The notes below the pieces were generated by a model, which saw nothing but the letters and a program-made list of their open reading frames with translations, was not told the origin of the DNA and made no database searches. 64,000 nucleotides of DNA. Source: Azolla caroliniana. Lineage: Eukaryota > Plantae > Polypodiophyta. Shown piece by piece: positions 52,116 to 63,917 of this stretch. A program made the position numbers and the translations under genes. Location of the stretch: NCBI GenBank assembly GCA_043228905.1, contig JBHGNT010000002.1, forward strand, positions 186,001-250,000, read 5' to 3'. The number at the start of each line of letters is the position of its first letter. The stretch's first letter is position 1.

Positions 52116-54103
52116 GCATATTCCTTGGTTACGGCGACGATGAGTTCGGCTACCGAGTGTGGGACCCGGTCGACAAGAAGGTATTCCGGAGTCGAGATAT
52201 TATCTTCATGGAGGACAAGACACTCGCCGACTGGGAGTCGGAGAAGAAGATAATGAACTTTGAGTCAACTGGTAAGGATCGATTCTACGATGATCAGACC
52301 CAACCGGCAAGAGACCGGTTAGCACTCGGGGAACCAGCCGATTACGGTGAGGATATCAAACCGGCTGAAGAAGAAGTAGAGGAAGTTGTAACCGAAACCA
52401 GCCAAGACCCCGAATCGGATTCAGATGAAGAGCAAATGGAGGAGCCGGTTACCGAAGCCCAAAGACGGAGATATCCTCTCAGAGAGAGAAGGGCCCCCCG
52501 GAGATTTCGGGATGCAGAGCATGTGCTGCTGACCGATGAGGAGGAGCCAGAAAGCTTCGAGGAAGCTAAAAGTGACGCCCACAACCGCAAATGGTTAACT
52601 GCCATGCATGATGAGATGGATTCCCTGCATGAGAACCATACGTACGAATTGGTGGAGTTGCCGAAAGGAAAGTGGGCATTCCAAAACAAGTGGGTGTACA
52701 AGTTGAAACTGAGAGATGCCGGCAACCCCCCGAGATACAAAGCCGGGATCGTGGTGAAGGGGTTCCAGCAAAAGAAGGGCGTGGACTTCGACGAGATATT
52801 TGCCCCGGTAATAAAGATGACCTCCATCCGGACGGTGCTGAGTATAGCGGCAAGCATGGACCTCGAGGTAGAGCAGCTGGATGTGAAGACGGCATTCCTT
52901 CACGGTGACCTCGAAGAGGAGATTTACATGCAGCAACCGGAAGGTTTCGTGAAGAAAGGGAAGGAGCACCTGGTTTGCCGGTTGAAGAAGAGCCTCTACG
53001 GGTTGAAGCAGGCCCCCCGACAATGGTACCGCAAGTTCGACTCCTTCATGACCGATCAAGGGTACCACAAGATGCAGGCCGATCACTGCGTGTTTGTGAA
53101 GAAGTTCGAAGGAGGCGACTTCCTGATACTCCTTCTGTACGTGGACGACATGTTGATCATCGAACGGGACCAAGCCAAAATACGGATGCTAAAGAAGGCT
53201 CTCAATCGAACCTTCGCAGTGAAAGACTGGGGATGCATATCATCCGGAACCGGCCAACGAAGTAGTTGTGGCTGTCATAGGAGAAATACGTGACAAAGGT
53301 GCTTCAACGGTTCAACATGTTAGAAGCGAAACCGGTCGGATCGACACTCCCGGAAAACTGCAAATTATCCGGTAAGCAAAGCCCGAAGACGAAAACAGAG
53401 AAGGTTGATATGATGAAGGCTCCATACGCCTCTGCCGTCAGGAGCTTAATGTACGCAATGGTGTGTACCCGACCGGATATAGGATACGCAGTCGGAGTGG
53501 TGAGCCGGTTTATGAGCAATCCCGGCAAGGAGCATTGGAATGCGGTCAAGTGGATACTCCGATACTTGAAGGGCACTTAGAACATGTGTCTCCGATTCGG
53601 CTCCGGTAAACCTCAACTTGACGGTTTTACCGATTCGGACATGTCAGCTGATGTGGATACCAGCCACTCTACATCCAGGTATGTAATGACATATGCAGGG
53701 GGAGCCGTTTCGTGGCAGTCGAGGCTGCAGAAGACGGTTGCGTTGTCAACCACGGAGGTGGAGTACATGGCGGCTGTGGAAGCCGGCAAGGAAATACTAT
53801 GGATGAAGGACTTCATCGGAGAGCTCGGTATCCGGCAAGATGAATACCGGCTCTATTGCGACAGTCAAAGTGTCATCCACCTTGCTAAGAATGCGGCCTA
53901 CCATTCCCGGAGGAAGCATATCCAGCGAAGGTATCACTGGATCCGGGAAAGAGTAGATGACCAGGAGTTCGCGCTGATGAAGATCCACACGGTCGAGAAC
54001 GGGTCAGATATGTTGACCAAAGTACTGGTACCCGACAAGTTGGATACATGTCGGAAGCGGATCGGACTGGTAAGACATCCCATGCCAGAGTGAAGGGGGA
54101 GTT

Positions 54104-54760
54104 TGTTAGGAGACAGGTCCCTCCGGATGGGAAGTGAGAAGAACCGGATGAGGAGGACCCGGCTACGGAAGACCCGGTGAGAACCGGATGTGGTGTACCC
54201 AGCAAGCGCCAGATGACGAGTACCCGGCTACGGAGGACCCGGTGAGAACCGGATGAAGCGTGCCCGGCAAGCGTCGGATGATGCAGGCCCGGTGAGGAGT
54301 GCTCACCAGATGAAGGGACATATTCGTAAATATGTTTCTGAGAGTCCATCGGGGCTATATTTGTAAATAGCCGAAAAGTCATATTAATATAAATATGACT
54401 TAGGGCAAACTCAGAGACTGTGAAGTTGTCATTCTTGTTGGTGCAAGAAGAGAGAGCGCGTAACAGTGTACAGAGAGAAAGAGAAAGAGGCCGTTGCCTC
54501 TGTTGTAACCGCCGCCTGTGGCGAAGATCGTGAGCACGAGGTCGTTGCCTCCGTGAGCTCACTGTTGTAATCATTGTGATATAGTGATAGTTTGGAGTCT
54601 ATGGACTCCCGTGGTTTTTCCCTCTCAGGGTTTTCCACGTTAAACATCATGTGTACTCTTCTCTCCTTTGTGTCGTGCATTTCATTTCCCGTTTTCTGTG
54701 TATGATTCTAAACTCAGTTGTGGCCGAGCGTTGCACATAGAGAGCGTGCAGTTCCTGTCA
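54104..54760 (+). repeat. Copia B 3' LTR (657 bp)
   Basis: Follows the PPT; carries an extra 65-bp unit at 54211-54275 relative to the 5' LTR. Confidence 0.96.
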
Positions 54761-54765
54761 ATGTT

Positions 54766-57700
54766 GGACAAAAGGGAAAGCTGATGAACATATTACATGT
54801 TTCGGCTATCACAAAGAACCTGCTATCGGTCGGACAAATAGTCGATCAGGGGATGCAGGTGCGGTTTACGCACCTCGGGTGCTTCATCAAGGAAGAAGGC
54901 TGGATAATTGTGCAAGGGCGCAAAGAAGGGAGGATGTTCATCCTCAACACAAATGACGTCAGCACCACCACGTTTGCCAAGGACAGAAGATTGAATCGGA
55001 CATCGATCTCTGGCATAAGCGGATCGGCCACGTCAACTACTGGAGGCTTCAGGACCTGCAATCGAAATAGGTTGTGTTCGGTTTGCCGAAATTCAATAGC
55101 CAGAAGGCCCAAATTTGTGAAGCCTGCCAACTCGGGGAGCAACACCAGCTTCTATTCCCCACCGAACGAAACCAAAGCTGTAACAAGCTTGACTTAATCC
55201 ATTTGGATATATGGGTACCGGCACACAAGAGTCGATATTTCGTCTCCTTCATTGATGACTACAACCGGCACACGTGGATCAACCTCATCGAGAAGAAAAG
55301 CGAAGTCTTCGACTATTTCTGGAACCTTCAAAGCTTAGTCGAAAGTGAAACGGGGAGGAAGATCAAGTGCATGCAGTCAGATGGCAGAAAGGAATACTTT
55401 TCCGGCAAATGCAACTGTTATCTGCAACATGATAGAATTCGGAGAGAACTCAGCTATCGATACACACCGGAACAAAATGGTGTGGCCGAGAGAAAGAACT
55501 GGTTGATTGTCGACGCGGCAAGGGCAATGCTGGAGGAAAAGAGCACGCCCAAATTCTACTGGGTTCAAGCGATCCGGACGGTCGTCTACATCCAAAACCG
55601 GATCGGAGACAAGGAGTCTGCACACGAGCTATATTTCGGGCGCAAGACGAATTTGAGGCACCTTCGGATATTCGGTAGCATAGCATATGTGCATGTACCG
55701 GATGAGAAGTGGAGGAAGTTGGATCCGAAGTCGGAGAAGTGCATCTTAGTCGGTTACTCGCATGAGTAGAATCGGCATCAGGGTACTTTCTACCGACTCC
55801 AACTTCCGACTCCGACCCGATTCTTGAAGATTAGGCTAGTGAGCCCGAAGAGGTCCAGGTAGAAAATGAAGATTTTGGTACTCTAGATGAGAGTTTGATC
55901 TCATTTCGGCTAAGTGGGCTGAATGAGCGGCTAAGTCAAGATGACCAGTCTGATGAAGAACCGCGCAAGTAGTGGAGACTCTGTCGTGCATACATGACTA
56001 AGGTGGCGGAAGTGCGTGAGCCGGAGAGCTACACAGAAGCAGCAAAAGACGCAAATTGGCATGCTGCTATGGAGGAAGAAATGTGGGCACTTGATGCCAA
56101 TGACACATGGAACCTGGTTGACCCTCCCCGATAATGTAAACCGATCGGATGTAAGTGGGTATATAAGGTGAAGTACAATGTCGACGGTTCGGTCAATCGG
56201 TACAAGGCCCTATTAGTGGCAAAGGGATATGCGCAAACCCACGGAATCGACTACGACGAGACCTTCGCTCCGGTAGTGAAGATGACGACATTTCATGTGG
56301 TACTAGTTGTTGCTACGGCAAGGGGATGGCATCTTCACCAAATGGACGTGAAGAATGTGTTTCTTCAAGGTGACCTTGAAGAACGGGTCTATATGATCCA
56401 AACCCCTGGATTCCAATCGGAGATGAACAAGTCGGTAGTATGCCGACTCAAGAAGTCGTTTTACGATCTAAAGCAAGCCCCCCGAGCTTGGAATGCGAAG
56501 ATCATGCACTGGTTGCGTAATATGGGGTTTGCGGCCTCAAAGTCCGACTCTTGCTTGTTCATCCGGAACGGTCCGGAACGGTCCAGTGTGCATCCTGCTA
56601 TATGTAGATGATTTAGTCATCACCGGACCGTGTGAAGTTCCAGATGTCGGACGCATTTGAGATGAAGCACCTAGGGGACCTTCATTATTTCCCTGGGATC
56701 GAGGTGATCCGGACCCCCGACGGCATATTGCTCTCACAACGTCATTATGTGTTGAATATGTTGTACAAGTTCAGCATGACGGAATGCAGACTGATCTCTA
56801 CACCCCTAGATGGGAACCTGAAGCTACATCCCAACTCCGGACCGGTCTGCGATGAGAAACAGTTCCGACAAATTGTCGGGAGCCTTATATACCTGGCGAT
56901 CACCCAACCCGACATTAGTTATCCAGTCGGGGTGATCAACCAATTCATGCAGAAGTCGGCCGTTGATCACCTTCAGTGCGCACACCAGATACTCTGATAT
57001 GTTAGTGACGCGAAGGACCAGGGACTGTTATACCGACACGGTATAACTGAAGAGCTAGTCGGATACACCGATTCTAACTGGGCCGGTGATGCATCGGATC
57101 GTCGATCCACCTCCGGTTACATGTTTTCTCTAGGTAGCGCGGTTGTTGCGTGGAGCAGCAAAAAGCAACCGACAGTGGCTTTGTCGAGCATTGAGGTTGA
57201 GTACCGGAGCGCTACCAATGCCACCTGTGAAGCCATTTGGCTTCGACGACTGCTGCATGACCTCCGGATCGAGGTCCTGACCCCGATCCTGATCTATTGT
57301 GACAACATGAGCAGCATTCAGCTCGCCAAGAACCATGTATTCCATGCTCAGACAAAGCACATAGAAGTGCATTATCACTTCATGCGTAAGCGGGTCCTGA
57401 GCGGTGAAGTTGAACTTCGACATGTTCAGACGGATCAGCAAATTGCAGATATCTTCACCAAACCGCTTGGATTGGACAAGTTGCAACACTTCACTGAAAT
57501 GCTCCGTGTTCAGCATCTCGACGTGCCGCACTTGAGGGGGAGAATAGGAACGGGAACGGATGGCACCAAACAAGGAACCAGAGAGGAAGAAAGAACAAAG
57601 GGGGGAGATAAGCAGAAAAAGGAAGCCGAGTCGACCGAAGGAGTCGGCATCCGAACAAGTCGAAGCAACAGCAGCGGTGGTAGAGTCAAGAAGGACAAAA

Positions 57701-57939
57701 CCGACCGGAAGAAGGCCAAGACCCGGACGTGGTCTGATGTGGTGAAGGGGCTAAAAACGGAAGACGAGTTGGAGACTACCAACTCAAACAAGAGTTGGAA
57801 CGAATCGGAGGCAGCCCGATTTGGTTCAACAGATGGATTCGGAAGAGCCAGATCTACTAAAGGCCAAGCGGACACGAACGCAACGGAAGTTGACGCCAAC
57901 ACGGAGGAGCCGACGGGTCGACAAGCACCGGAGTCGTAG
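54766..57939 (+). pseudogene. Copia A integrase, RT and RNase H with a C-terminal extension (multiple disablements)
   Basis: ICEACQLGEQH, FIDDYNR, TPEQNGVAERKN, HQMDVKNVFLQG, YVDDLVITG (across a frameshift), WSSKKQPTVALSS, KHIEVHYHF and QIADIFTKPL. Confidence 0.93.
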
Positions 57940-58166
57940 CAGCGAGGGAGCTGAAATGGGCCTATTGAGCAAACAAGCCGACCGAGAAGGTCGAGGTGCG
58001 CGAAACCGGGCAAGTCGCAGGAAGCAAAACCGAACCGGGTGAGGAGCGTGAGCAAGGCAGGAGGACACCAGAAGGAGTTGGACGGAAGAACTGGCTACCA
58101 CAGAAACTGATACCACGATCCGACCTCAAGTTGAGCTTGAGGGGGAGTGTTGAGCGAGCAAGCTCA

Positions 58167-58371
58167 GATATCAGGATGGCCCCAGCATTACGGCATATCT
58201 GAGCGCCTTCCAGGGACTGATCAACCAAACCATCTCGTTGGAAGTATCTCTAGCCGACGAGGTATTAGCATTACTATTGTTGGGATCCCTTCTGGGCAGA
58301 TGGGATATTCTCGTTGTCACATTGGGCAACGCCGGACCGAAAGGGAAGCACTTATCCCTAGCAAAGGTGAA
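58167..58371 (+). mobile_element. Isolated gag fragment of a Copia B-family element
   Basis: Aligns with 44101-44305 (EVSLADEVLALLLLGSLLGRWDILVVTLGNAGPKGKHLSLAKV versus EVPLADEVLPLLLLNSLPDSWETLVVTLGNAGPEGKRLSLARV). Confidence 0.9.
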
Positions 58372-60887
58372 TTACATTGGTTTCACATTTGGGTACACAC
58401 GCATGTGTATGTTTGGGCTTCAAAGTCGATGTTTAAAGCAATTGTATCACTTCTTGTTTGAATGGCTTTTGGGGTTTAATTTTCTTGCTTTTTGAAACTT
58501 AGTTATTAGCATCACTTTCATTACACTAGCATACATCACAAGTGAATGGACTCAATAAATTGTAGTACCCGTTGGGTGAAAAAGTTGAAGGAAAAAAAGA
58601 AAAAAATATTGTAATCCTAAAGGATGTGAAAGTGCAGTGAAAGGCAAAGAATGGAGTGGAATGCAAGGTAAGGAAAGGCACAAAAAACGGATATAAAAGG
58701 CTCTTATACTTTTATAATAAGTAAGATTAACTATATACTTTTCCATCTTCATCAAGTTGGCCTTTTTCTTTATTGAAATCATGGGTGGAGCACATTACCA
58801 CAAACATTCTATTATGATGCGTATGAACAAGAAGAAGACGATGAAGAACATTAAAACATTGTTAATGAAAAAGTATCATCATCATCACCCCCTTGGGCAT
58901 TATGAGCCTTAGAGACATATTTATGTAAATGGAGTACATTTTCATCATGGTCATCGCCGCTTATCACATTCCCCAAGTTGTAGCAATATTATTGATATGA
59001 ATTATATAATAAATGGCCTTGTGAGTCCATGAACTACGATACTTTAAAGAGACCATGAAAAAAGGTTCCTCGTTGTCGTCATCCTCACCCTCATCATCAT
59101 CATCAACAACCCCACCATTATCGTAATGATCATGTACAAGCATTCTCATATGTGGAAGCGTGAAAGTCGGGATCGCAGTCCATCACTAGTACCTCCCAAT
59201 GCTTCAATCATATCATATGATGATATATTGACAAAGCAATTTCCACAACATGGTATTATAAACATTGGAGCAACTTGCCATCATCATGGACATTGCAACC
59301 AAAAGCTTTCTCAAGTATGCTCATCTATAAGTTAAGTGCGTGATATGGTCTTACCACACCTCACGGGAGGATAACATCAATGTTGAAAATTATAAAAATC
59401 TGTCAACACCACCACCTAACAATAATATTGTTGGATCAACCTCTCCTTGTGGCATCTATCCTCTCAATGATGTCCGAGGTCTTTCTTATACCCCACCTAC
59501 TTCCAACGTTGGCATGGCCCCATTTGGTCGTGCTATGAACCTAATTGATATCATTGGCCCTTCACATGCCCCCTACCTACAACTAATTATGTTGACAATT
59601 TAATCATATTTCTAAATTAGAAAGCTAATGAGATATACATAACGTCTCATAAAAGATAAACTATTGTTGGAAGAAGCCTAATTTGAAAAGTTACTTTAAA
59701 ACCTATATGTTTTGGAAATTTGGATACCAAAGGTTTGTCAGTCTAAAAGGCACTCATGCATTCAAGACAGTTATTACTTTCTTAAGGCTATAAATTTGGA
59801 AAGCTATCTAAATCCTAATTTTCCGGAAATTGCCACATTGTCTAGAATGTCTATGAAGGCAATGTAGCAATATATTTTTCATATTAATAAACTAGTGCTG
59901 GTAAGCCCAAATATCGCAATTGCATTGGCACGAAAGTAGCTGTACGGCAAAGTTTCCACTGAGCCAAATTTGGTGGGAACCACAACCGAAATAAATGTAT
60001 TATTCGTTTAATTTCTGTGAGATGTTCTACCCCTTGCATATGTCTATATCATAGACATTACAGCAAATTTGTCTTTCCTCTAGAGTCCTAGGTCAACAGT
60101 TTATGGTTAAGGTGCAAAATTTAGATCAATGTGTTTAAAAAACAGAATGTCCTGATGGTTTGAATTTCAGCCATTCCTGCTTAATGCTTCCCGAAGACAA
60201 AGAGTGTATATCTTGAGAAGCGAAAACAAGCTCCTGTGTGCAGCTAAAATTAATTAGGAATACTTGCACAATCCAAATGACAAAACACTTCCACGAGTTT
60301 CATAATTTACAAACTTGGACTATGATTGAAACAATGGTTATATTTCACTAACGAGGCAGTATGCGTAATCATATTTTAATGGAGTCAATTAAGAAGCTAA
60401 ATATGTGACCATCAACTCTACTTCTGTACAAGTCATAACCTGGGTGTCAAATGAATTTTCAGTCTTTTGGGAGGAGATTATGAAACGACAAAGGGCAAAG
60501 CAATGACTTTGACCTCTTTGTTTAATTAATAATGAAATAGAGCAAATGTAAACATCGTGGGCAGCTCACACCGAAAAACAGAGAACTCTGAATAAAAGGG
60601 CTCTTGCAGTAACTCATCTAGCTCCCTATGTAGAACACTGATCTCTTAGAGCAGGGAAAAGACATAGATACATATTAAGCTGGTAGCTCCTACATAGTCC
60701 ATGATTTACAGATGCATTTATTTCCAAGATGGAGATTACCCTTAAGTTATTTATCAAGATGGAACATACAAAGTGCTCATTTCCCATTCATTGTAGAGCA
60801 AGTTTTACATGCACCCTAATCATAGCTCTGGCCCTCCATCATACCTATGGAAAGAATCGTGCTGGCCACACCTCGTTTCTACGGGCA

Positions 60888-62558
60888 CTATCTTGAAGTT
60901 GACTCGACAACAGCATAGCATTCCAAACAGAATGCTCTATCATATCGTTCCTGGAAGCTGAAAGGAAGAGTTGTATGACTTAGAATAAAGAGCAGACATG
61001 CATCAATCAAACTTTTGCAACATCTTACTCTAGTATAGAACACACTGAGCAGAAGTCCTCATCACATCTTGCACACTGCCTGCAACACATTGAACATGCC
61101 TTCCTCCTATTTATCAATACAGAAGTAAACTCCATTAGAGCATGTGGCATGCATCCATGATTACTTATGTGTTTATGCATGTGTTCTCTGCTATTACCTT
61201 TAACGATCTTAATCTCATAACATGATTAGAAACAAATCCACGAAGCAAGCTAAGGAGTAACAAATGGACCACCATAAAATGGATGAGAAAGATAATGAAT
61301 TGGCTAATTTTTCAAGTAAAGACGCCTAAGTAGAATTTTAAAAAAAGGAATCAGATTTAAAAACGTCTAAGATATAGAGTGCTAGATGTGAATCATCTTC
61401 ATTCTAATTTAGGATAAATTGCTTACAACATTACATCAAACACTCAAGCAAGTCACTAGAACAACATTGCTTCTATTGAATTGAGCACTCCATGCTAATG
61501 GAACAGACATCAGTTTTACTTAGAACAAAGAGAGGTATCAGGAAACTAAACCCTGCTTCCTCAAACTAATGCCATGTGCTTGAGGTATCAGGAATGCAAC
61601 AATTTCACTTTATTATATTGGTTTGGCACTCTGGAAACTGAAATTCACAGTGGAGTGAAAATGCATTTCCTCAAACAATAGAAACTTAGTAGCACTTCTG
61701 TGAAGATTTTGGTAAAAAATCACGGATCATACTTATCATAAATCTGTTCACTCTATCTCATTGAAACACAAAAGTTATGTCTGATGTTAAGATAACAACC
61801 TTTCACACATACTAAAGAGGCATATATATGTTTGGAAACATACAGGGTACATTTACTCTAGTAAGTTATGTATGACATGAAGAAAACCAAGTTTCGTTGA
61901 ACTTTAGAAAAGAATTTCTACAACCAAGTTTCGTTTCCAACCAATTGCTGGAGGCTAAAGTCACTTCTGTCATATATGAAGGCAATGTTTTCATATTTTT
62001 TCTTAGCACATATGGCATGTTCAAGAATACATGTGCTTAAAATATTCCAAACGTGAAAGACTGCAAATAACGCGTAAAACGTGTCTTAGAAGTATGAGAG
62101 AGATACAGCCATCACCTGCAATGAAAGCACATGAGGTTGGACGGTACCGTTCCAGATGTGGAGGTGTTGGAAGCAGCTAGATCCACTGATACTATCTTTC
62201 CACTAAAGTTTGAGATGAAGAATGTCCGATTGGTGGAAGAAAGAGGCATATCTTGCCTTGCACACGAACAGCATGTGGCTTCCGATTCTAAACACTTTCC
62301 TCCTACTGCTGCTTTGTTCACTGAACGCATATTTCGGATTGTAGACTCTGTTGTAATAAAAATAATAAAAATTCCCAAGGAGAGCATTCGTTTCCAGGGA
62401 CATCATCATTTAAAGAGATCGACTCAGAGTTAAAATAAGAGTTATCAGGGAAACATAACGAGAACCTTACCGTAAAGAGAGAATGCATCGTCTTTCATCA
62501 ATTTGAGATCTTCCGTTCTTTCTGAGAACGCAGCCGCCGTCCTTTTGAAACCCAGCAT
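60888..62558 (-). CDS. SIVA1: SIVA-like zinc-finger protein, 155 aa; exons 62558-62471, 62347-62116, 61106-61029 and 60957-60888
   Basis: Three GT-AG introns in matching phases (1, 2, 2) give 468 nt without internal stops. The C-terminus CFHC-RRKA-CSMC-CRQ-CARC-DEDF-CSVC-SILDFQERYDRAF-CLEC has the cysteine spacing of the animal SIVA1 C-terminus as I recall it. The symbol is assigned by motif recognition, not by a database search. Confidence 0.8.
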
Positions 62559-62632
62559 ATTCACCTGAGAGAGCAGCCAAGTTGCAGACTGTATGAGTTC
62601 CCGCCAAATAATAATGCTCGATTTCGCAGAAA

Positions 62633-62637
62633 CAGAC

Positions 62638-62686
<49 letters not shown>
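62633..62686. repeat. (GA/CT)n microsatellite upstream of the SIVA-like ATG (5' UTR or promoter)
   Basis: cagacagacagagagagaga...gagacagaga about 75 bp upstream of the start codon. Confidence 0.9.
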
Positions 62687-63090
62687 ATGTGACCAAGAAG
62701 ATGAATACATATTTAGAGAAAGTGAGTTCACACTGGTGCTTTTGAAAACTAACGTAACTAGCTTTTTCCTATTTCGATTTGGGGTGGTCAGTATATGTAC
62801 ATAATACATAATTGTATGCGTCCTATGTTGTTAGTAGGTTACCAAGCTACTAACATCGGTACTTACCATGCACCTGATTTCGTTTTGGGTTCCGATAAGT
62901 ACAATTTGCATGGAGAAATCTTCGCATCTAACCTTTGTGTGGCAATCATTCTGTCGAGACATCCACATAAGCAACTCATGTAGTTCCTTTGTGAAGGCAA
63001 CGTAGTGTTTGCCATTTGAAGCATCGTGAGGAGTGGGGGCCCTTCATCTACATTAGCAACACAAATATCAAGTAGTACGCTATCGTTGAC

Positions 63091-63387
63091 AATGGTTGTA
63101 TGATGAAGAGTTGATGTGCATCGTGGAGTTCCCCTTCGTCTCTCACCATTGTTTGTAGCAAACATGGAGGTTGACACCATTCCTCCTTGGGATCCATGTT
63201 CAGTCTAGGGTTCACATCGTAGACAGTGGTTGTACAATAAAGAGTTGATTTGCATCGTACAGTTCCCCTTCATCTCACACCATTGTTTGTAGCAAATATG
63301 GACACTGACACCGTACCTCATCAGGATCCATGTTTAGCCTAAGGTTCCGCCCAATCCTAGGCTCCATGTTTAGTCTAGGGTTCACAC
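63091..63387. repeat. Diverged 134-bp tandem duplication plus a partial third copy
   Basis: tggttgta at 63093/63227, agagttgat at 63107/63241 and caccattgtttgtagcaaa at 63144/63278. Confidence 0.8.
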
Positions 63388-63917
63388 TAATTTCACCTTC
63401 CCCTTTGTGTCCAATCCACTATACACACTAAAATACTTTGGAGGGAGCGGACTTTATGTTCCTAAAACACCCCTCACATTCAACAAAAAACTATAAATTC
63501 CTAGAATCAAAACCCCTCTCCATATGCCAAACTAAAATACCTACATACACAAACAAGATCTAGGGTTTTGTGTTAATTGTCTTCATCGCGTTGACAAAGT
63601 CGGGTATTCATTCATCACTTTGGTTCGTCCCCACAAGAAAGCAAGCAACTTCTACTTTATTATCCATAGTTGCTTGTCAAGAAGACCTAGGGTTAGTTTT
63701 CCAATATGATTCAAGCTACAATTTCAAACAAGAGTTTTTCTTCATGAAGCAGTGTCACGTAAACACGTGTGCATATGCTACTGAACCGAGAAAGGTGTGA
63801 AGTTATCGAAGCGGTACTTAAAGCCTTTGTGAAACTCTTATCGTGGATGTTCTTGTTAATCCCCCCCTATTGTGTAATTCAAAAGGCACCATGGAAACTA
63901 ACATGCACATGCACAAA

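Larger units (their letters stand above)
50125..54093 (+). pseudogene. Copia B knuckle, protease, integrase, RT and RNase H (stops, frameshifts, interrupted by solo LTR D)
   Basis: WVVESGASFH, LWHKRLCHMSEKG, LELVHTDVC, FIDDHSR, QLDVKTAFLHG, LKKSLYGLKQAPRQWY, LLLYVDDMLI, ALSTTEVEY and ENGSDMLTK. Confidence 0.95.
43152..54760 (+). mobile_element. Ty1/Copia LTR retrotransposon B (Tnt1/Tork-like by motif), full length, inserted in the protease region of A
   Basis: TSD ATGTT at 43147-43151 and 54761-54765; LTRs 43152-43741 and 54104-54760 (tgttagg...ctgtca); PBS tggtatcaaagc at 43745-43756; PPT gaagggggag at 54092-54101. Confidence 0.96.
41838..58166 (+). mobile_element. Ty1/Copia LTR retrotransposon A (outermost, degenerate, 3' LTR truncated after 19 bp)
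   Basis: 5' LTR about 41838-42275 starts tgttgagcgagcaagctca; the same 19-mer follows the PPT at 58148. PBS tggtatgagagc at 42278-42289. Domain order Gag-PR-IN-RT-RH; the frame rejoins across insertion B as GHV|GQKGKLMNILHV. Confidence 0.92.

Noticed and set aside
51836-53293. 485-aa ORF as a novel fusion protein with N-terminal repeats
   Set aside because: It is chance read-through from the antisense solo LTR D (54-bp repeats) into Copia B pol.
43021-54680. Antisense ORFs over LTRs and pol (43021-43518, 52595-53173, 53885-54574)
   Set aside because: They are shadow frames of GC-rich retroelement sequence with no domain motifs.
58780-59610. Short ORFs in a CAT/GAT-rich low-complexity stretch
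   Set aside because: No recognisable domain or consistent splice structure; possibly a decayed TE.
59889-59935. Possible Helitron 3' end on (-) (CTAGT with an upstream imperfect hairpin)
   Set aside because: The hairpin is weak and no 5' end or second copy is visible in the window.
61079-61084. Alternative acceptor ttgcag|G for exon 3 of the SIVA-like gene
   Set aside because: It is in frame but would drop RKACSMCCR and break the SIVA cysteine spacing; the acceptor at 61107 is preferred pending RNA-seq.
62131-62433. 100-aa plus-strand ORF
   Set aside because: It is the antisense shadow of exon 2 and intron 1 of the SIVA-like gene.
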